This document shows, one piece after another, positions 50,864 to 61,326 of a DNA stretch of 64,000 bases. Within the stretch, counting starts at the first letter, position 1, and each line of letters begins with the position of its first letter. The notes under the pieces are model-generated. The model searched no databases. It saw nothing but the letters and a program-made list of their open reading frames with translations, and was not told where the DNA came from. The stretch is from Candidatus Mailhella merdigallinarum (GTDB lineage: Bacteria; Desulfobacterota; Desulfovibrionia; Desulfovibrionales; Desulfovibrionaceae), in NCBI GenBank assembly GCA_019117045.1, contig DXAN01000023.1:127527-191526 (forward strand), given 5' to 3'. The translations under genes and the position numbers were made by a program.

Positions 50864-51358
50864 ATGAGCAAGACTCTGGAAGATCTGATGGCCGCGTTTG
50901 CCGGTGAATCCCAGGCCAATCGCAAATACCTCGCCTATGCCAAAAAGGCCGATCAGGAAGGTCTGCCCCAAGTAGCCAAGTTGTTCCGCGCCGCCGCCGA
51001 GGCCGAAACCATTCATGCTCACGCCCATCTGCGCAACGCCAAGAAGATCGGCACCACCGCCGAAAATCTTCAGGACGCTCTGGCCGGTGAAACCTATGAA
51101 TTCACCAAGATGTACCCCGAAATGATCAAGGACGTGGAAGCCGAGGGCGAAAAGGCCATTGCCCAGTACATGGGCTTCGTCAACGAAGTGGAAGAAGTGC
51201 ACGCCAATTTGTATAAGAAGGCCATTGCCGATCCCGCCGGACTGCCCGCGGTGGACTATTATATCTGTCCCGTGTGCGGCTATACTCACGAAGGCCCCAT
51301 GACCGAAGCCTGCCCCGTGTGCAAGGCCCCGGCCAAAGGCTTTTACAAGGTCGACTAA
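50864..51358 (+). CDS. rbr: rubrerythrin
   Basis: Ferritin-like diiron domain (ExxH pairs) plus a C-terminal rubredoxin-like CPVCG...CPVC. 164 aa. Confidence 0.9.
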   Translation: MSKTLEDLMAAFAGESQANRKYLAYAKKADQEGLPQVAKLFRAAAEAETIHAHAHLRNAKKIGTTAENLQDALAGETYEFTKMYPEMIKDVEAEGEKAIAQYMGFVNEVEEVHANLYKKAIADPAGLPAVDYYICPVCGYTHEGPMTEACPVCKAPAKGFYKVD

Positions 51359-51437
51359 TAAAAACCGAGGGGGCGCTTGCCCCCTCCCCGCTTTGCGAAG
51401 TTTGCGCCGCCTAAGCCGCGACAGACTCGCAATTTTT

Positions 51438-51463
51438 GAGGCTGCTGACTTTGTCAGCAGCCT
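51438..51463 (+). terminator. rho-independent terminator downstream of rubrerythrin
   Basis: gaggctgctgac-tttg-tcagcagcctc followed by tttcttgatttcc. A weaker GC hairpin also lies at 51367-51387. Confidence 0.55.
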
Positions 51464-51523
51464 CTTTCTTGATTTCCGGCCGGTCAGGCGACCTTTTTCG
51501 TCACCGTTGGGACAAAGCTGTTA

Positions 51524-51560
51524 AAAAATCCCGGCAACCATTTGGTTGTCGGGATTTTTC
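51524..51560. terminator. bidirectional terminator between rubrerythrin and metQ
   Basis: aaaaaatcccggcaacc-atttg-gttgtcgggatttttc, with A and T tracts on both sides. Confidence 0.55.
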
Positions 51561-51578
51561 CGTTGTCATCCGTCGAGG

Positions 51579-52376
51579 TTACTCGGCAGGCACCACGGCG
51601 CCTTCATAGGTGTCCATGATAAACTTCTTTACCTTTTCTCCCTTGAGGGCCTGCAACAGAGCTTGAAGTTCGGGGCGGCTCTCGTCGCCGGCGCGCACGG
51701 CCAGAATATTGGCGTAGGTGGCGGCAGCCACCGAGTCGGCGGATTCGGCCGCCAGGGCGTCCTTCACTTTGAGGCCGCCCAAGATGGCGTAGTTGCCGTT
51801 GATGACGGCGATTTCCACATCGGGCAGGGCACGCACTAGTTGCGCGGCTTCCAGTTCCTCAATTTTGAGATTTTTAGGGTTGTCCACGATGTCGCGGCGA
51901 GTGGCGGTCAGCCCGGCTCCATCCTTCAGCTTCAACAGGCCCTGATCCTGCAAAAGCAACAACGCGCGGGCCTCATTGGTGGTGTCGTTGGGTACGGCCA
52001 CCATGCCGCCGTCCTTGAGTTCAGCCAAATTGGAACATTTGCCTGCGTAAATACCAAAGGGCTCATAATGCACCGTGCCCAGAGAAACAAGCTTGGTGCC
52101 TTTTTCTTTATTGAAGTCGTCAAGATACGGCTTGTGCTGAAAGAAGTTGGCATCCAAATCCTTGCTGTCCAAAGCCAAGTTGGGCTGCACGTAGTCGGAA
52201 TACTCGACGATTTTCAGTGTGTAGCCCTGGTCTTTTAGTACCTCGGCGGCGACTTTCAGAATTTCGGCATGAGGTGTGGGCGACGCGCCCACCGTGACGG
52301 TTTTGGAGTCGGCACGGGCCGGCGCCGGGGCCAGGGCCAAACTTAGGGCCGCCAGAAGCAGAAGGGATTTTTTCAT
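51579..52376 (-). CDS. metQ: methionine ABC transporter substrate-binding lipoprotein (NlpA/MetQ family)
   Basis: Signal peptide MKKSLLLLAALSLALAPAPARA and MetQ fold. Start at 52376; the longer listed ORF has no support upstream. Confidence 0.85.
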   Translation of the reverse strand: MKKSLLLLAALSLALAPAPARADSKTVTVGASPTPHAEILKVAAEVLKDQGYTLKIVEYSDYVQPNLALDSKDLDANFFQHKPYLDDFNKEKGTKLVSLGTVHYEPFGIYAGKCSNLAELKDGGMVAVPNDTTNEARALLLLQDQGLLKLKDGAGLTATRRDIVDNPKNLKIEELEAAQLVRALPDVEIAVINGNYAILGGLKVKDALAAESADSVAAATYANILAVRAGDESRPELQALLQALKGEKVKKFIMDTYEGAVVPAE

Positions 52377-52443
52377 GACAGATACTCCGGGCAAGGGTTT
52401 GAGGGAACGAACGTACGGGGACGCCGCTTCCGGGGTAAAGTAT

Positions 52444-53121
52444 TCAGGATTGGCGCTTGTCGCTGCGCTTGGCGGCGCGGTTGCCGATTTCCTGAAAAAT
52501 CTGAACGATGACGATGAGCAGTACCACGGTGGCAAACATGATGCCGGTTTGGTAGCGGTTATAACCATACATGATGGCCAATTTGCCCAAACCGCCGCCG
52601 CCCACCGCGCCGGACATGGCGGAATAGCCCAGAATGGTGGTAGCCGCGATGGCACTGCCGTTGATCAGGGACGGAGTGGCCTCGGGCAGCAACACCTTGA
52701 CGATGATCTGCCAAGTGGAGGCCCCCATAGACTGAGCGGCTTCCACGATGCCCCGATCCACTTCCAACAGCGAGGATTCGATGAGCCGGGCTACAAAGGG
52801 CGCGGCCGAAATAACCAGCGGCACAATAGTGGCGGTATTGCCTATGGTGGTGCCCACCAGGGCTCGGGTGAAGGGAATGACCGCGATCATGAGGATGAGA
52901 AAGGGGAAGGAGCGGGTCAGGTTCACCACAATGTCCAACACCTTGTACAGGGACACGCAGGGTCGTATGCCGTCGGGGCGGCACACAACCAGGATTACCC
53001 CCATGATCATGCCGAATATGTAAGCGAACAGGGTGGAGGCGAGGGTCATGTACAGGGTGTCCACCACGCCCTCGGCCAACATTTTTACTGTTTCCATATC
53101 AAACATCATCAACCTCGCCAT
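52444..53121 (-). CDS. metI: methionine ABC transporter permease
   Basis: MetI-type permease, five TM segments, EAA-like loop (EAAQSMGASTWQII). Confidence 0.85.
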   Translation of the reverse strand: MARLMMFDMETVKMLAEGVVDTLYMTLASTLFAYIFGMIMGVILVVCRPDGIRPCVSLYKVLDIVVNLTRSFPFLILMIAVIPFTRALVGTTIGNTATIVPLVISAAPFVARLIESSLLEVDRGIVEAAQSMGASTWQIIVKVLLPEATPSLINGSAIAATTILGYSAMSGAVGGGGLGKLAIMYGYNRYQTGIMFATVVLLIVIVQIFQEIGNRAAKRSDKRQS

Positions 53122-53187
53122 GCAAAACCCGCCGTCCGCCGAGGCGGGTCCCGTTCAAATCCGGCGCGGGAAGCCGCACCGGAATCC

Positions 53188-54195
53188 TCAGTCTTCCTTT
53201 ACTTCTTCCATAATCAGCCCGCGCGAAGTGACATAGTGCACCATACGGCGCACGGTCTCCTCATTGTCGGGCAGTTGCAGCACCATCTGACCGAAAGCTT
53301 TGCCGTCGATATCCCGGGTGTCGGCGAACATAATATTCACCGGCGCGCGACATTCGAGTATCATATTGGCGATGACCGGTTCAAAGGAAGACGCGCCGTC
53401 AAATACAATGCGATACAAACGATCCGGCACCAAACTTACCGAGGGACGCCCCTCGGGCAGCACCAGTTTGCGAGCCGCCTCGGTACGGGGATGAAAAAAC
53501 ACCTGCTCCACCGTGCCCGATTCTGCGATACGACTGTCGCTGATAATGGCCACCCGGTTGCATATCTGTTCGATGACGCTCATCTCGTGGGTAATGATGA
53601 CCACAGTGATGCCGAGCCGCCGATTGATATCCTTGAGCAGGGCCAGAATGGATGCTGTGGTGGAAGGATCGAGAGCCGAGGTGGCCTCATCGCACAACAA
53701 TACCTTGGGATCGCTGGCCAGAGCACGGGCTATGGCCACTCGTTGCTTCTGCCCGCCGGAAAGCTGTGCGGGATAATACGCGGCGCGATCGGCCAGCCCC
53801 ACAAGCTCCAGCAATTCGCGGGCCCGCTTGCGGGCCGCGCCGCGTTCCACCCCTGCTATTTCCAACGGAAAGCACACATTGGCCTCGGCCGAACGCTGCA
53901 TGAGCAGATTGAACTGTTGAAAAATCATACCCATGGAACGGCGCGCCTGGCGCAATTCACGCAGAGTCAGACGCCCCAGATCGCGCCCGTCGAAAAAGAC
54001 CGTGCCCTCAGTAGGGCGCTCCAGCATGTTGATACAGCGCACCAGCGTGCTCTTGCCCGCTCCGCTCATACCGATAATGCCGAAAATATCGCCTTTTTCC
54101 ACCGTCAGATTGATGTCGCGCAGGGCGGTGACCTCGGTATTCTTGCTGTAAAAACTCTTGCCGAGGCCCCTGATCTCGATAATGGATTCAGCCAT
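53188..54195 (-). CDS. metN: methionine ABC transporter ATP-binding protein
   Basis: Walker A GMSGAGKST, signature LSGGQKQR, Walker B LLCDEATSALD, and a C-terminal NIL/ACT-like regulatory domain. Start MAESIIEI at 54195. Confidence 0.85.
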   Translation of the reverse strand: MAESIIEIRGLGKSFYSKNTEVTALRDINLTVEKGDIFGIIGMSGAGKSTLVRCINMLERPTEGTVFFDGRDLGRLTLRELRQARRSMGMIFQQFNLLMQRSAEANVCFPLEIAGVERGAARKRARELLELVGLADRAAYYPAQLSGGQKQRVAIARALASDPKVLLCDEATSALDPSTTASILALLKDINRRLGITVVIITHEMSVIEQICNRVAIISDSRIAESGTVEQVFFHPRTEAARKLVLPEGRPSVSLVPDRLYRIVFDGASSFEPVIANMILECRAPVNIMFADTRDIDGKAFGQMVLQLPDNEETVRRMVHYVTSRGLIMEEVKED

Positions 54196-54458
54196 GCGTG
54201 CTCCTCTTGGCCGACTTCCCGGCCTGAAATACGGCGGCGACGCGCCAACACGGAAGCCCCCCCGCGCATACGCGGCGGACGCGCCGGTCGGGAGCGCGCG
54301 CCCGCATCGAGCGAAGCGCTCTCCGGACCGCCGTTCTGTCGGAAAACAAGAGAGAATTATTGCGAAAATGTCAATGCCGCACAAGCATTCCACTCCACCG
54401 ACGCCCAAAAAATATTTTTCACAGCGGTGTCGGACAGCAAGGAGGCGGCCTGAAAATA

Positions 54459-55895
54459 CTATAGATACGGGCTGAAAATCCAAGCGGCGGCATTGCGCAA
54501 ACGTACGGCCAAAGGCCGGGAAAGCAAATTTTCCAGCGTCACTTCGTGTGAGACGGCAAGCACGGAAGCGGCAAACTCGTGCAGCCGGGCGTTAAGCTCG
54601 GGAGAAAATACCTCCACATTCAACTCAAAATTGAGGCTCAGGCTGCGCGGGTCCAGATTGGTGGACCCCAGGCAAACGTAAATATCGTCCACCAACAGCA
54701 GCTTGGTGTGCGCGAAGGGAGCCGGCTGGCGAAAGATGCGCACGCCGTTTTCCAATAGGGGCGGAATGGTATGGTCGCTGGCCCATTCCACATAGGCATG
54801 GTCCAGCACGGCGGGCAGGATGACGCGTACCTCCACTCCACGCGCCGCGGCGCTGACCAGGGCGCTTGTCAACTCGCGCGGGGGCAGAAAATAGGGGGTC
54901 ATAACGGTAATCCGCCGCCTGGCGCAACTGATGACGCCACACAACAAATCCTGCACGGGGTCGTTGGGCGTGCCGGGTCCGTCCATAACCACCCGGCCAT
55001 CCATAGCGCCCGCGCCGCAGGGCAGATAAAGACGCCCCGTATCGTCCTGCCCGGTGACGAAGGCCCAATCCATGAGAAACGCCTCGCGCAGCTCGCCTAC
55101 GATGGGGCCCTCACACAAAAAATGCACGTCCTGAACGTGCTCGCGGGTACGGCTCGCCATGACATGGACGTCGTCGATATTCATGCCGCCGGTGAACCCC
55201 TCGCCGTCGCATACCAGCACCTTGCGGTGGTTGCGCAGATTGACGGACATCTGCGGCGGCAGCAGATGGGGAGGGATGAAACGATGAACGGGCACTCCTT
55301 CGCGTTGCAATCTTTTCCAGGGTTTGTGAAAGCCCGGCAAAGTCCCCATGCCGTCCACCAGCACCCGCACGTCCACACCCCGCCGGTGAGCGGCCAGAAG
55401 CGCATCGGCAAATGCTTTGCCGTATACCCGCCCCTGAAAAATATAGGTGCACAAAAACACTTCATGCCGGGCCGAAGCGATAGCCTCCAGCATACGTGGA
55501 TAAGCCTCGTCGCCGTTGAACAACGGGGTGAAGTGATTGCAACCGAGGCGACGGAACGAGCCGGGCTTGCCCTCGCCCACACGCATGATTTCGCACGTAT
55601 CGGGAGCAAACAGGGTGGGGGGCACGCGACCGCCGCTCAGGAGCCCGCTCGCCTTCAGCGCCTTCATCCTGCGCTCGGCCGTGTCGCTCATCAATTTAGC
55701 GGCCCGACTGTCCACCCGATTGATGCCGAAAATGAAATAAGCCATGCTACCCAACAGAGGCAACGTCAGGATGGCGGCAACCCAGCCGAGGGCGGATTGA
55801 GGCTGGCGGGCGCGCAGCAACGCGTGCAGCACGGCGATGAAAGCCAGAGCGTAACCGGCCGCCAGAACCAAAGAAAGAATCCATTGCCAGGACAT
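54459..55895 (-). CDS. cls: cardiolipin synthase (phospholipase D superfamily)
   Basis: Two N-terminal TM helices and two HKD-type domains (e.g. HRKVLVCDG, HTKLLLVDD). Confidence 0.85.
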   Translation of the reverse strand: MSWQWILSLVLAAGYALAFIAVLHALLRARQPQSALGWVAAILTLPLLGSMAYFIFGINRVDSRAAKLMSDTAERRMKALKASGLLSGGRVPPTLFAPDTCEIMRVGEGKPGSFRRLGCNHFTPLFNGDEAYPRMLEAIASARHEVFLCTYIFQGRVYGKAFADALLAAHRRGVDVRVLVDGMGTLPGFHKPWKRLQREGVPVHRFIPPHLLPPQMSVNLRNHRKVLVCDGEGFTGGMNIDDVHVMASRTREHVQDVHFLCEGPIVGELREAFLMDWAFVTGQDDTGRLYLPCGAGAMDGRVVMDGPGTPNDPVQDLLCGVISCARRRITVMTPYFLPPRELTSALVSAAARGVEVRVILPAVLDHAYVEWASDHTIPPLLENGVRIFRQPAPFAHTKLLLVDDIYVCLGSTNLDPRSLSLNFELNVEVFSPELNARLHEFAASVLAVSHEVTLENLLSRPLAVRLRNAAAWIFSPYL

Positions 55896-56216
55896 GCCGA
55901 CCTCGCGGACGTTTTCTTCTTTTTAACAAGCCGGAGCTTCGGGAACAAGCCCGGATTCGGACCGCTTCCCTAAGGGCGTTTTGCTTTTGAAATTATCCTT
56001 CAAAAGCGGCGCTGCCGTCATTTCGGCTGAAAAACGCGTTTTTCAGGCTCATTCGGCGCGGGCGTCCGCTCCCGCAGACGCCGGAGAGGCTGCCGTTTTC
56101 AACAGCAAGCCGCTTTAAGCCCCTGCTTGAACCGTCGCCGTCTCCTTGCGCGGAAAAAGTTCGGGCCGCTGAAGTGAATTCGGGCAGTTTCAATCACAAC
56201 CGCCGGTCGATACCGA

Positions 56217-57170
56217 CTATCTCCTGCCCATGTCGTCCAAGGCATCGCGAAGGGCTGCTTCCAGGTCCGCATGGCCGAACGTGAATCCCGCGTCCAGAAG
56301 CCGGGCGGGCACGGTACGTTGGCCGGACAACAGGACTTCATCCGCCATGTCCCCGAACATCGCGCGGAGCAGCGGCGTGGGCAGCGGCACCCACACCGGG
56401 CGGCGCATGGCCCGCCCCAATGCGTGACAAAAGGCGTTCATGGTGGTCAGCTCGGGACTGCACAAATTGTATGCGCCGTTCGTTTCCTCATGCTCCAGCA
56501 GAAACACGATGGCCTCCACCTCGTCAATCCGGTGTATCCACGGCAAAGGTTGACGTCCCGTCCCCGGCACGCCTCCGACAAACCAGCGATAAGACGGAAA
56601 CAAACGCCCTACGAAGCCGCCGGGCCCCAGTACCGGAGCCGTACGGATACGGCAACGTCGCACGCCCAGGCGTTCGGCGACTTCAGTGGAGGCCTCCCAG
56701 GCACGCACGGTATCGGCCAGAAATCCCGTGCCCGGTCCGGCGTCTTCCTCACATAAGGGAGCAGTTCCGGCGTCGCTCCACAATCCGTAATACCCCGTGG
56801 CCGAAGCCTGAATCAAAGTCCGAGGTATGCAGCTTCCCCTCTGTTTGCGGAAACTGAGGGCAAAGCTCAGGGCTTCGCCGGCCTGCGTGCGGCTGTCTAC
56901 GATACGTCGTTTTTCCTCCGGCGTCCATTTCCCCGCCGCCAGACTTTCCCCCAGCAAATTGACCACGGCATCAGCTCCCTCCAATAGAGGTATCAGGGTC
57001 GTCGCGTCTCGGCCGTTCCAGGTCGCTTCCCGGATGGAGCTCCCCCAATCGACGTTATGCTGAGGCACCTCGCGCCGGGTGCTCACCAACACCTGATGGC
57101 CGTGTTCCGCCAATCTCTTTGCCAGCGGCGCGCCAATGAAACCCGTGCCGCCCAGAAGTAAAATTCGCAT
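56217..57170 (-). CDS. NAD-dependent epimerase/dehydratase family protein (YfcH/TIGR01777-like, with DUF1731 C-terminus)
   Basis: MRILLLGGTGFIGAPL Rossmann start and C-terminal DUF1731-like segment. Confidence 0.7.
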   Translation of the reverse strand: MRILLLGGTGFIGAPLAKRLAEHGHQVLVSTRREVPQHNVDWGSSIREATWNGRDATTLIPLLEGADAVVNLLGESLAAGKWTPEEKRRIVDSRTQAGEALSFALSFRKQRGSCIPRTLIQASATGYYGLWSDAGTAPLCEEDAGPGTGFLADTVRAWEASTEVAERLGVRRCRIRTAPVLGPGGFVGRLFPSYRWFVGGVPGTGRQPLPWIHRIDEVEAIVFLLEHEETNGAYNLCSPELTTMNAFCHALGRAMRRPVWVPLPTPLLRAMFGDMADEVLLSGQRTVPARLLDAGFTFGHADLEAALRDALDDMGRR

Positions 57171-57552
57171 ATCGCACCTCGAGCTTTTCTCTTACGCGCC
57201 CTCCCCGTTTTGCTTCAATGATTGCTCGAAATTTTAATCTTCAATCTCGAAAACGCTCTCAGAGAATCGGCTCGGCCGGGCAGACGCATCTCTAGAAGTC
57301 ATTTCATACGAATCATGGAATGACTTCCAAATATTAAATCCAATAATACAAATTAATTATTATAAGCGATGTTCGGGGATGCTCCGGCGGCACAGCCGCA
57401 CTTCGCGACTCCGGACTCGGGGCCGCCTACGGATTCGGCAATACTGCGCAGCTCCCACACAGGCATGCCCCTACTTTATCTCAAGGCTTGGAAGAGCTAT
57501 GGAAAAGCGAGCCCCGACATAAACGGGAGCGTATTTTCCGGTTTCAGGAGCA

Positions 57553-58637
57553 TGGTCATGACGGCGACATTACTGGCTCTTCTTGCAACGGGCCTGGCAG
57601 CGGGAGGTGGACTGCTGACCCTGCGTCTGCACCGGGAACGCGGGCGCGAACCCGACCCGGCTCATCTGGCGATGTGTCCGCGCTATCGGAACGGACGCTT
57701 CGAAAACGAAGAACCCGTGCCCGTTTCCAATATGGGCCCCCGTTTTTACGTGAAATTTTTTCTGAGTCGACACCGGCCGCCCCGCCCTTTGCCCGTAACG
57801 CCCGTGGCCGCGTCCGAGCTGCCCCGGCCGCCGGCTCCATTGCGAGCGGTGTGGATGGGACATTCCTTCGTGCTGGTGGACGTGGACGGAACGCGTTTTC
57901 TGTTCGACCCGGTCTACGGACCGGCTACGCCGCTGCCCGTCAACATGTTTCGCTTCCAAGCCCCTCCCCTGCCGCGCGAACAATTACCGGACGCCGGCAT
58001 AGACGCCGTGATCGTCACCCACGATCATTACGATCACCTGGAACGCAGCACACTGTGTCACCTGGCCAGGAAGGGCCTGCGAATCATCACGCCCCTGGGC
58101 GTGGGAGCCCGCCTGCGCGGCTGGGGCTGTCCCGCCGATTCCGTGACGGAACTGGACTGGCACCAGTCGACCGATGTCGGCACGGTGCGCGTGACGGCTA
58201 CTCCCGCCCGGCATTTTTCAGGACGGAGCTTGAACAGTCGCGACGGCACTCTGTGGGCTTCGTGGGTACTGCGCGGGCCGGAACATGGCGTGTTTTTCAG
58301 CGCGGACGGAGGGTATGGGCGCCATTTTGCGGCCATCGGCAAACAGTATGGCCCCTTTGACCTGGCCTGCATGGAAACCGGAGCCTGGGACAAACGCTGG
58401 CCCCACGCCCATCAGCAACCGGAGGAATCGGTACGGGCCTGCCGCGAGGTGGGCGGCCGCGTTATGCTGCCCATCCACTGGGCGGCCTACGATCTGTCCT
58501 TCCATCCCTGGGATGAGCCCATTCTGCGGGCCAGCGCCGCCGCCCGCGAACAGGGCGTGCCCCTGGCCACCCCGCGCATGGGAGAAGCTTGGTCGCCGGG
58601 AATGAGCACCGGTCCGTGGTGGACGGAAGTCCGATAA
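57553..58637 (+). CDS. MBL-fold metallo-hydrolase (NAPE-PLD-like)
   Basis: VIVTHDHYDH zinc-binding motif in a beta-lactamase fold with an N-terminal TM helix. Start ATG 57553. Confidence 0.7.
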
Positions 58638-58643
58638 GGAAGT

Positions 58644-58904
58644 TCAATAAAAAAACAAGCGACCTTCGGGCGTAATTTCTATATCCTGGGTGATAGGATC
58701 GATCAGGCGGCAATAACCGTAATTCAGCCATTCATCCAGAACGTCCATCACAAAGTCATGGGGGCAGCCCTCGGCCTCCGCCTGCCTCATAAGCAGCGGA
58801 AAGCGCCCGGCGGGCAGCGGTCTGGGGGCGCTCCGCACGCTCTTGTACAGCCAGTCGCGGGTTTCCTCCCGTGTAGCCGGAATTACCCGTTTTTTACGCG
58901 CCAT
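58644..58904 (-). CDS. hypothetical small protein
   Basis: ORF downstream of, and overlapping, the NDT-like gene. Start assumed at MARKKRV. No family recognised. Confidence 0.3.
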   Translation of the reverse strand: MARKKRVIPATREETRDWLYKSVRSAPRPLPAGRFPLLMRQAEAEGCPHDFVMDVLDEWLNYGYCRLIDPITQDIEITPEGRLFFY

Positions 58905-59406
58905 GTCCTTTCTCCCATTTCGCCAATAAGCGCCGCACAGGTTCGGGCGCACCCTGCGGCGCGCCGCTCCGCCTCCCGGCCCACTCCGTCGTCTGCTCCA
59001 GCAGGTTCAGAGCGGCTTCCACGCTTTCCACCCACACGCTGGCCGCGCCGTACAGCATCAGACCCGGCGCTTCCAAGGGACCGCGTATGCCCAACACGGG
59101 CACGCCCCAAGCCCGGGCCAGCCCCACTTCCACCCCGGCATCCTGGCCCGAAGCGCCCAGGTACACGACAAAATCGGCCTCGCGGCAAGCCCTTTCACAA
59201 AACGCAAACACCTCTCCGCCGTGATCCGTGTCCATCCAGGCCCGGCGTTCGGCGGGAGTCAGGCCTTCCGGCGGCTTGGCCAGTTCCGTCCAATCAAGCA
59301 GCCCGTACCCCATTGCCCGTATAGCCCGGCCGAGCAGGCGCGCGGCGTGCAGGTGACGAAAGGAGGCCGCTATATAGACCTTCAGGCCGGAGTGTCCGTC
59401 AGCCAC
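58894..59406 (-). CDS. nucleoside 2-deoxyribosyltransferase-fold protein
   Basis: KVYIAASF ... [31 protein letters not shown] matches the NDT-family pattern (MKIYLAGPF ... DAVVAVLDG..DSGTAFEIGYAYALGKPVIGL). The likely GTG start at 59406 overlaps the argH 3' end by 25 nt. Confidence 0.5.
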   Translation of the reverse strand: MADGHSGLKVYIAASFRHLHAARLLGRAIRAMGYGLLDWTELAKPPEGLTPAERRAWMDTDHGGEVFAFCERACREADFVVYLGASGQDAGVEVGLARAWGVPVLGIRGPLEAPGLMLYGAASVWVESVEAALNLLEQTTEWAGRRSGAPQGAPEPVRRLLAKWEKGHGA

Positions 59407-60770
59407 GCTTCCATCTCCTTCAACTGCGCATCCACCGGGCCCGGTCCCGTGCCGCCGGGGATATTGCGACGTTTGACCGCCGTGTCGTAGTCCAGCACAG
59501 TATAAACGTCGGGTCCGATATCCGAACACAGGCCGCGCAGTTCCTCCAAGGTCAGTTCCTCCAGGCCCACTCCTTTTTCCTCGGCCATGGCCACGGCCCG
59601 GCCGGTGACGTGGTGCGCCTCGCGGAAGGGCATGCCTCGGGTGGTCAGATAGTCGGCCAGTTCCGTAGCGTTGAGAAAGCCCGCGCTTAGGGCCTTGCGC
59701 ATACGCGCCGTATTGAAGCGAATGCCGTTCAGCATGTCGGCCATGAGTTCCAGGGACGAGCGTACGGTCTTGTCCGTGTCCAAAAAGGGAATTTTGTCTT
59801 CCTGCAAATCGCGGTTATAGGTCAGGGGTAGCCCTTTGACCGTGGTCAACAGATTCATAAGGTTGCCGTAGGCCCGGCCTGTCTTGCCCCGCATGATCTC
59901 AGCCACGTCGGGATTCTTCTTTTGGGGCATAATGGACGAGCCCGTGGAATGGGCGTCGGATAGGGTGACAAAGCCGAACTGAGGGTTGGCCCACCAGATG
60001 ATTTCCTCACAAAAACGAGACAAGTGAGCCATGACCACGGAGCCGCAAAACAGGGCTTCCAGAGCAAAATCACGGTCGGCCACGGCATCCATGCTGTTTT
60101 TGAAAGCACCGTACATGCCCAAGCTTTTCGCCACGCCATCCGGGTCCAGAGGATAGGTGGTACCCGCCAGAGCGGCCGCGCCAAGGGGGCTGACCCGGAC
60201 CCGACGTTCACAGTCCGCCATACGCTCCACGTCGCGCCGGAACATCCAGGCATAGGCCAGCAAATGGTGGGCCAGGCTCACAGGCTGAGCGGGCTGCATG
60301 TGGGTGCAGCCGGGCAGCAACGCGTCCCGATGTTCGGAAGCCCTCCGGACAAATGCGGTCACCAGCGCGCGGGCCAGTCGCGACCAGTCGCGCAGACTGT
60401 CCGAAACATAAAGCCGGAAGTCCAGGCAAACCTGATCATTACGGCTGCGGCCGGTATGCAGTTTTTTACCCACCTCGCCCACCAGTTCGGTCAGCCGGGT
60501 TTCCACATTCATGTGCACGTCTTCCAGGTCCTGCCTCCAGGGGAAGCTGCCCGCCTCGATTTCCGCGCGCACCGCGTCCAACCCCCGAACCAGGGCGTCC
60601 GCCTCCTCGGGCGTAATCACGCCCTGCCTGCCCAGCATGGCCGCATGGGCCTGCGACCCCGCGATGTCCTGAGCGTATAGTTCACGGTCAAAGGAAATGG
60701 ATTCGGTGTAGGCCTCCACGGCCCCGCTGGTCCGCTCCTTGAAGCGGCCGCCCCACGGCTTGTCGGACAT
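59382..60770 (-). CDS. argH: argininosuccinate lyase
   Basis: [10 protein letters not shown] start, fumarate-lyase signature [12 protein letters not shown]. The start was chosen at MSDK; the longer listed ORF begins upstream. Confidence 0.9.
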   Translation of the reverse strand: MSDKPWGGRFKERTSGAVEAYTESISFDRELYAQDIAGSQAHAAMLGRQGVITPEEADALVRGLDAVRAEIEAGSFPWRQDLEDVHMNVETRLTELVGEVGKKLHTGRSRNDQVCLDFRLYVSDSLRDWSRLARALVTAFVRRASEHRDALLPGCTHMQPAQPVSLAHHLLAYAWMFRRDVERMADCERRVRVSPLGAAALAGTTYPLDPDGVAKSLGMYGAFKNSMDAVADRDFALEALFCGSVVMAHLSRFCEEIIWWANPQFGFVTLSDAHSTGSSIMPQKKNPDVAEIMRGKTGRAYGNLMNLLTTVKGLPLTYNRDLQEDKIPFLDTDKTVRSSLELMADMLNGIRFNTARMRKALSAGFLNATELADYLTTRGMPFREAHHVTGRAVAMAEEKGVGLEELTLEELRGLCSDIGPDVYTVLDYDTAVKRRNIPGGTGPGPVDAQLKEMEAWLTDTPA

Positions 60771-61326
60771 TGTGCCTCCCGGTCGGGAATAAGTTGGCAA
60801 GGGAACCTTCGGAAAAGACGCATATTTCAGACCGCTCTTTCCCCTGCGGCGCAACGAGCGCAGCTGCCCGAAGGGCTCCCCCTTGCGGGCATCAAGAGCG
60901 GAGATGAAAAGCGGACCAAGGCTGCGCGAAGCGGAGCCGGAACAAACCAGAGCGTTTTGCCCTTGAAAATATCTGCGGGCCAGGAGCCTGTGTTCCGGCC
61001 CGCAGGTTTCCCACCTCCATCGAAGCTATACGCCGCCCATGAATTGCGGCTGCTCCTATGTCACGGCGCCCTTAGCCGTCAGCGCGAAGCGCGTTACGGA
61101 TAAGGAGAACAGAGATGAGTCTCGCTTCGCTCAACTCCGGGAGCATTTTCAAGCTGAAAATGTTCTAAAAGTTTGTTCCGGCGTACTTCCTCCGGTGGCG
61201 GCCGAAGCCTGCTTTTGGACCGTGTGGAACACGGGCTGCCCTTTCGGAATCGTTTGCTCCCGGGAAAACAGCCTTATTCTCCACACAATCTTTTTCCAAA
61301 GTTTTCTTCTCCCCGTGTATGCGCTT

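Noticed and set aside
52276-54453. 725-aa plus-strand ORF
   Set aside because: It is antisense to metI and metN; the translation is Gly/His-rich with no domain features.
54771-55973. 400-aa plus-strand ORF
   Set aside because: It is antisense to the cardiolipin synthase gene.
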